Source: Candidatus Woesearchaeota archaeon
GTDB lineage: Archaea > Nanobdellota > Nanobdellia > Woesearchaeales > JAGVYF01
NCBI GenBank assembly: GCA_041650315.1
Contig: JBAZLJ010000001.1
Span: 280,259-344,258 of the forward strand
DNA length: 64,000 nucleotides
Direction: 5' to 3'
Shown here: in pieces, positions 58,722 through 64,000 of the stretch
Layout: every line of letters starts with the position of its first letter
Position numbering within the stretch: the first letter of the stretch is position 1
The notes under the pieces: generated by a model
Databases searched by the model: none
What the model saw: the letters and a program-made list of their open reading frames with translations, nothing else
Told to the model about the DNA's origin: nothing
Program-made: the position numbers and the translations under genes

Positions 58722-60860
58722 TCATGCTATCGAACATTTCGAATATCCGCAGCTTGGACATGTCGAACATCCTTCTGAAAAGTACAATTTGGATTTGCAA
58801 TTCGGACAGAGATCGTCTTTCTTCTGGAGTTTTGTCGTGTCCAGATTGATCACTTGCTCAGATCTGCTTCTGTCACGATAAATAGTTACTCCTTTGCAAC
58901 CGAGCTTGTATGCCATTAGATAAGTGTTCTCGACATCTTTAGTAGTAGCATCGGATCTGAAATTGACTGTCTTCGATACTGCATTGTCAGTATATTTCTG
59001 GAATGCGGCCTGTATCTTGATGTGCCATTCTGGGTCTATATCATGCGCAACGACAAACACTTTTTTCACATCATCTGGTACTTCAGGCATATGATGCACT
59101 GTGCCTGACAAAGCAATCTTCTCCATCAAGTCTGTAGAATAGAATCCTTTATGCTTAGCAGCTCTTTCAAAATATTTGTTGACATAGACCAATTTCTGAG
59201 TATCCATGACATGTTTCGCGAAAGATAATGCGAATAAAGGTTCGATGCCATTTGAAGCATCTGCGATCATGCCGATTGTGCCTGTTGGAGCGATTGTTGT
59301 TCGTGTCGCGTTCCTCATCTTACTGCTTTTGTAGACGCTTCTTGCGATGTTCGGGAACGAGCCTCTTTTCTCAGCAAGTTCGATAGATGCTTTATCAGCT
59401 TCTTCTTTAATGAATTTCATTACTTTTTCGGCAGTTTTCATGCCTTCTTCTGAATTGTATGGGATATTGAGCTCAAGCAGCATATCTGCGAAACCCATTA
59501 TGCCAAGGCCAATCTTCCTGTTGCCTTTTGTCATCTGCTCTATTTGCGGCAATGGATATTTGTTCATATCAATTACATTGTCCAGGAAATGCACGCCTAG
59601 ATGCACATATCTTTTCAGATTGTCGAAATCAATCTCGTCATTATGCACAAACTTAGCCAGATTTATGGACCCTAGATTGCATGATTCGAATGGAAGCAAT
59701 GGCTGTTCTCCGCAAGGGTTTGTGCTTTCAATCTCTCCGATTTCCGGAGTAGGATTGTCTCTGTTCATCCTGTCGATGAATACAATACCTGGTTCTCCAT
59801 TCTTCCAGGCGTTAGTTACAATCAGGTTGAATACATCTTTGGCTCTTAATCTTTCTACCACGTCTTTCGTCTTAGGATTGATGAGATCGTATTCTTTGTC
59901 TTGGATTACTGCCTGCATGAACACTTCAGTCAATGCAACTGAGATATTGAAATTGTTCAACGCGCCTTCTTTCTCTTTGCAGTTAATGAATTCAAGAATG
60001 TCTGGATGATCCACGCGAAGTATACCCATGTTAGCGCCACGCCTTTTGCCGCCTTGTTTTATTACTTCAGTGGCGATGTTATATACTTTCATGAATGATA
60101 TCGGGCCGGATGATACTCCATGCGTTGATTTAACCATATCGTTTTTTGGTCTGAGTCTTGTGAATGAGAATCCTGTGCCGCCGCCGGATTTGTGGATCAT
60201 GGCTGCGTATTTCACGCCGTCAAATATTTCTGAAATAGAATCGCCGACAGGAAGCACGAAGCATGCTGATAATTGCTGCAGTTCGTTGCCGGCATTCATC
60301 AGAGTAGGACTATTAGGCAAGAATTTCAAAGTGGACATCGCTTCATAGAATTCGTGGGCAGTCTTGCTCAGGTCTGCATCTTTGTTGTACAATTTATCAG
60401 CCTGCGCGATATTGTTCGCGACTCTCTCGAACATTAATCTTGGCGATTCGATAATCTTGCCATCTTCATCTTTTCTCAAATATCTTTCTACAAGCACTTT
60501 AAGGCTATTATATGATATATGCAATTCGTCTTCCATACCTAGGAGCTTGACTTTCGCTTCACGTTCTTCTTTTCTTTTTTGTCTATAAAGGATATATGCT
60601 TTCGCAGTCTTAGCATGGCCTTCTTCCATAAGCACTTTTTCCACTATATCTTGTATCTCTTCAACTTTTGGGATAGTATGGCCGTCAAATTTCTTTTCTA
60701 TCAGATCTGCAACGATTTCAGCCAATTGGTCTGCTCTTTTTCTGTCTTTTCCGCCGACAGATAATGCGGCTTTGAAAATAGCGTCCGCAATCTTTTGTTT
60801 ATTGAATTCAACTATAGAACCATTGCGTTTCTGGATTTTTTTAAGCGTGATGTTCGTCAT
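58722..60860 (-). CDS. nrdJ: Adenosylcobalamin-dependent (class II) ribonucleotide reductase with ATP cone
   Basis: KRNG ATP cone, PNSPTLMNAG, LSACF, TNPCGEQ, CNLGS, IAPTGT, C-terminal zinc ribbon. Confidence 0.95.
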   Translation of the reverse strand: MTNITLKKIQKRNGSIVEFNKQKIADAIFKAALSVGGKDRKRADQLAEIVADLIEKKFDGHTIPKVEEIQDIVEKVLMEEGHAKTAKAYILYRQKRKEEREAKVKLLGMEDELHISYNSLKVLVERYLRKDEDGKIIESPRLMFERVANNIAQADKLYNKDADLSKTAHEFYEAMSTLKFLPNSPTLMNAGNELQQLSACFVLPVGDSISEIFDGVKYAAMIHKSGGGTGFSFTRLRPKNDMVKSTHGVSSGPISFMKVYNIATEVIKQGGKRRGANMGILRVDHPDILEFINCKEKEGALNNFNISVALTEVFMQAVIQDKEYDLINPKTKDVVERLRAKDVFNLIVTNAWKNGEPGIVFIDRMNRDNPTPEIGEIESTNPCGEQPLLPFESCNLGSINLAKFVHNDEIDFDNLKRYVHLGVHFLDNVIDMNKYPLPQIEQMTKGNRKIGLGIMGFADMLLELNIPYNSEEGMKTAEKVMKFIKEEADKASIELAEKRGSFPNIARSVYKSSKMRNATRTTIAPTGTIGMIADASNGIEPLFALSFAKHVMDTQKLVYVNKYFERAAKHKGFYSTDLMEKIALSGTVHHMPEVPDDVKKVFVVAHDIDPEWHIKIQAAFQKYTDNAVSKTVNFRSDATTKDVENTYLMAYKLGCKGVTIYRDRSRSEQVINLDTTKLQKKDDLCPNCKSKLYFSEGCSTCPSCGYSKCSIA

Positions 60861-60963
60861 TTATATCAACCCCCCAAAATTAGATATCTGATTGGAATTT
60901 CTTTTATTTATTAACCTTTTGAATTTCACTGAATAATGACAATAAATATAGAAAGAGAAATAT

Positions 60964-61170
60964 CTATTCTTTGATGATGTCGATGCAGTTAACTGGGCAG
61001 ACTTCTTTAGCTTCCTGATTCTTGCCGATATTGTCTAGCACGAGTTTTTTTGGTTTCGCTTTATACATTCCGCCTTCTTCTGCAAGCTCCCAATTCTCTG
61101 GACACTGGACTGTGCATGCTCCGCAACCAATGCACTCATCTTTTTTGAAAATGATTTTGTATTTAGTCAT
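60964..61170 (-). CDS. Ferredoxin
   Basis: CIGCGAC...CP, CPVNCI. Confidence 0.92.
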   Translation of the reverse strand: MTKYKIIFKKDECIGCGACTVQCPENWELAEEGGMYKAKPKKLVLDNIGKNQEAKEVCPVNCIDIIKE

Positions 61171-61478
61171 TCTTCTTCCTCATCTTCGCTGTCTTCAGAG
61201 TCTGAATCCTCATCGTATTCTTTTTTATCGGATTCATGCTCAATAAGTTCGTTTATCTCGTCAACCATCTCTTTGATCTCTTCGCCGTTCATACCATGAC
61301 CCATACAGCCTTGCTCTATTGTCTCTGTGTATGCGACATGGCAACCAATGCAGTGTAGTCCGTACTTGAGCATGACCATTGCTGCGCCGGGATGCTTTTC
61401 CAGCACTGCGCCGAAAGTCATTTCTTTTGTTACTGGCTTAGGTTTTTCTGGTTCTTTTGCAGATGGTTTCTTGTTCAT
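61167..61478 (-). CDS. DUF1858-domain protein with acidic tail
   Basis: VTKEMT...HP...YGLHCIGC...ETIEQGC..HG. Confidence 0.88.
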   Translation of the reverse strand: MNKKPSAKEPEKPKPVTKEMTFGAVLEKHPGAAMVMLKYGLHCIGCHVAYTETIEQGCMGHGMNGEEIKEMVDEINELIEHESDKKEYDEDSDSEDSEDEEEE

Positions 61479-61551
61479 AGGGTATAGCAAGCTTACGTTT
61501 ATTTTTAAAGTTTATTGTTTTGCAGAGATTATTAAGTCTGGAAATGAATAT

Positions 61552-61669
61552 AAAGTCTGCAAATGATAAATTTTCTACTTTCCAAGGCAATGACAGACAT
61601 TTCCCGTAGGGACAACCCCATTGTCTGTTCACTTCTTTAGTTATAAAATTTATAGTTGTTGCAGACTTT
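61552..61669. ncRNA. Structured element D carrying the core module of motif A-C
   Basis: 11-bp closing stem AAAGTCTGCAA/TTGCAGACTTT; core ACAGAC-ATTT-CCC-GTA-GGG-A-CAAC-CCCA-TT-GTCTGT-TCAC. Confidence 0.5.
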
Positions 61670-61737
61670 TGATAATTATTTAGTATATAGAATATAATCT
61701 AGAAATCTTATTAAATGGATGTAGAAGCAGAAGTCAT

Positions 61738-62991
61738 ATGGATATGATAATGGCATTTTCGGTTATTCCTTTCTCAGTGTTATTTCTGTTCCTTTTGTTC
61801 GGTGCCATCACTGTTGTGATTTCCGCGTACAAGAAAGAAGAGTATCCTGATATCGAGCCGGAAGTGTCTGTCGTGATTCCCGCATATAATGAAGAGAAGA
61901 ATATACAGATGACTTTAGATTCTATCTTCAATCTTGATTATCCGCAGGAGAAGATCGAGCTTATCGTTGTTGATGATGGTTCGACTGACAAGACCGGCAT
62001 GATACTGCGTTCTTATGCGAAGCATCACAAGAATATGCAAGTTATCAAAGGCAAGCATGAAGGCAAGTCTGAATCATTGAATCTCGGTATAAATAAAGCG
62101 AAGAATGAAATTGTCATGACTCTTGATGCTGATACAATCATACGTAAGGATTCAATGCGCAAGATAATAAAGCCGTTCTCAAGAGATAATGTTGGTTCTA
62201 CAAACGGGACTTGCACAATCAAAAATCCAGGCACAATACTCAGCGTGTTCCAGAGGGTTGAATATCACAGCAATAATCTGATGCGTAAAGGTTTCTCTTC
62301 AGTTTTCAGCAACGGCATCTGGTTCTTCGGAGCTATGGCTTGCTATCGTAAAAGCATACTTGAGCGTATAGGATATTTCAAGAAAGATACGCAGGCTGAA
62401 GATTTCGATACTGCGCTTGAGATGTATTCACTCGGGTATAATACGATAAATGTGCCTGATGCTTATGGCAAGACGGTAGTGCCTGAAACTTTCAAAGAAT
62501 TGGCGAATCAAAGAAAAAGATGGTGGATTGGCGTGATACAAGCATTGAGCAAGCACAAGCACCTATTTCATTGGAAAGCAAATCCTTCTATATTATTCCT
62601 TTTCATAAATCATTACTGGTGGTCATTTTATGCAATCATTTCTTTGCCGTTGATTGCTTATCAAGTCTATTATTGGCTGCCATATAATACGGGCAGTTTC
62701 TATTCGGTATTCATGTACTTATTCAGATGGTTCTCAATGGTGGGTCCTGTCTATGTGATCTATATGATTCCGCAATGGGGAATTTCAGCGTTCAGTATAT
62801 TCGGAGTGATATCTGGATTGATATCTTCCGGATTAATGGTATACGCGATATATTTCTTCGGGGATAGATTGAGGATTAGGAATTTGTTCGCGATATTCTT
62901 CTATTTTCCATACACGATAATTTTAAATACTATCATAATCATAAGTGTCCTAAGAATTATGAAGGTAAATAAAAGGTATTTTATAGATTAG
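61738..62991 (+). CDS. GT2 processive glycosyltransferase (cellulose synthase/IcaA-like)
   Basis: IPAYNE, DDGSTD, DAD, AED, QRKRW, C-terminal TMs. Confidence 0.92.
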   Translation: MDMIMAFSVIPFSVLFLFLLFGAITVVISAYKKEEYPDIEPEVSVVIPAYNEEKNIQMTLDSIFNLDYPQEKIELIVVDDGSTDKTGMILRSYAKHHKNMQVIKGKHEGKSESLNLGINKAKNEIVMTLDADTIIRKDSMRKIIKPFSRDNVGSTNGTCTIKNPGTILSVFQRVEYHSNNLMRKGFSSVFSNGIWFFGAMACYRKSILERIGYFKKDTQAEDFDTALEMYSLGYNTINVPDAYGKTVVPETFKELANQRKRWWIGVIQALSKHKHLFHWKANPSILFLFINHYWWSFYAIISLPLIAYQVYYWLPYNTGSFYSVFMYLFRWFSMVGPVYVIYMIPQWGISAFSIFGVISGLISSGLMVYAIYFFGDRLRIRNLFAIFFYFPYTIILNTIIIISVLRIMKVNKRYFID

Positions 62992-63009
62992 ATTGAGGTT
63001 TCATACACT

Positions 63010-64000
63010 ATGTCATTTTTAGATCCTATATTACAGATAATCGCAGCTAACCGCTGGTTCTTTGATCCGGTATATGCTTTTGCTGAACCTGTTTTTGCGA
63101 TTATCCTATACTTAGCTGTATTCCTGACGATTATTTATTTTTTTATGACTTTAGTTTCTATTTTTTTTAAGAAAGATAATGATGAATTGCCTTTTGATAT
63201 GAAACTTGCTCCTTTTGTGACTATTCAGATTCCAACTCGTAATGAGTTGATTGCTTTGCGTTGCGCAGAATGTTGCTTAGCTTTCGATTATCCTAAGGAT
63301 AAATACGAGATATTGATTGGAGATGATTCAAATCAGCCGGATGTTTCTTACCAATTGCAGGAATTTGCTAACTCTCATCAGGGAGTTAAAGTGTTCAAGC
63401 GAGAACAAAATGTTGGATTCAAGCCAGGCAATCTCAATAATCTGCTTCAACATACGAAAGGCGAGATAATTGTGATATTCGATTCGGATTATACGCCTGA
63501 ACCTGATTTTTTGAAAAGATTGATTGCGCCTTTTGTGAACGATCCAAAAGTATCCACTGTCCAAGCGAGATGGAATTTCAATAATTTCAGCCAGAATCTA
63601 GTTACAATCATGGCTTCAACCATCATTTATGTCTTTCATCATGTGAATCTTACTTTCCTTCATGCGTTTGATACGAGTTCTTTATGCGGTTCGGCTGAGG
63701 CTGTGAAGAAAAAAGATCTTGTCGAGCTAGGCGGATGGAAATCTGGATGCTTGACTGAGGATGTTGAATATTCTTTGCGTCTGCATAAAGCGAACAAGAA
63801 GATGGTGTATTTGCCAAATCTTGAATGTTATAGCGAAGTGCCTTATATCGCGAAAGATCTCTATAAGCAGCAGATGAGATGGGCCTACGGAGTTGTAGGC
63901 GCTTATATCTTTCATATACCTGGGATTTTATTCAACAAAGGCATTTCTTTTAAGCGTAAATTGCTGAGCATGTGCGCAGGTTTCGGTTACCTCTTTCCTA
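63010..64000 (+). CDS. GT2 cellulose-synthase-like glycosyltransferase, truncated at window end
   Basis: Manual translation: TIQIPTRNE, IGDDS, GFKPGNLN, FDSD, VQARW, TED, QQMRW; no stop seen before the edge. Confidence 0.9.
   Translation, partial: MSFLDPILQIIAANRWFFDPVYAFAEPVFAIILYLAVFLTIIYFFMTLVSIFFKKDNDELPFDMKLAPFVTIQIPTRNELIALRCAECCLAFDYPKDKYEILIGDDSNQPDVSYQLQEFANSHQGVKVFKREQNVGFKPGNLNNLLQHTKGEIIVIFDSDYTPEPDFLKRLIAPFVNDPKVSTVQARWNFNNFSQNLVTIMASTIIYVFHHVNLTFLHAFDTSSLCGSAEAVKKKDLVELGGWKSGCLTEDVEYSLRLHKANKKMVYLPNLECYSEVPYIAKDLYKQQMRWAYGVVGAYIFHIPGILFNKGISFKRKLLSMCAGFGYLFP

Noticed and set aside
61552..61669. Cobalamin riboswitch upstream of the nrdJ/cobO locus
   Set aside because: No B12 box or GGGAA..GGUG core arrangement, and it lies upstream of the likely TATA of the leaderless DUF1858 gene
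1..64000. CRISPR array, rRNA or tRNA genes, transposase or integrase
   Set aside because: No regularly spaced repeat-spacer array, cloverleaf or such ORF recognised by eye; a tRNAscan/Infernal run would be needed to fully exclude short RNAs

Overview
Archaeal chromosome segment, most consistent with a DPANN (Woesearchaeota-like) genome. Evidence: TFE, RpoL, uL16/L10e, SRP54, group II chaperonin, Elp3, NOG1, BRE/TATA promoters with many leaderless starts, and bacterial-type ThrRS. It is densely coding (about 62 genes). It includes a two-component/hemerythrin signalling cluster, cation transporters, a tripartite RHH-RHH-RelE toxin-antitoxin locus, pilin-like and S-layer-like proteins, an Lhr/phosphoesterase/OGG1 repair cluster, a B12-dependent RNR-CobA locus and two GT2 glycosyltransferases. 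No tRNA, rRNA or CRISPR array was recognised. The strongest unexplained signals are intergenic. (1) A dispersed ~115-nt structured motif (TGCCATC...GATGGCA) in three full copies, plus a fourth element reusing its core, with covarying stems and no target-site duplication. (2) Three MITE-like elements with terminal inverted repeats and 7-9 bp target-site duplications, carrying an inverted-doublet hairpin module that appears independently mobile. (3) A tRNA-Thr anticodon-arm mimic next to the thrS Shine-Dalgarno, suggesting E. coli-like translational autoregulation in an archaeon. All product calls come from reading motifs; no database was searched.
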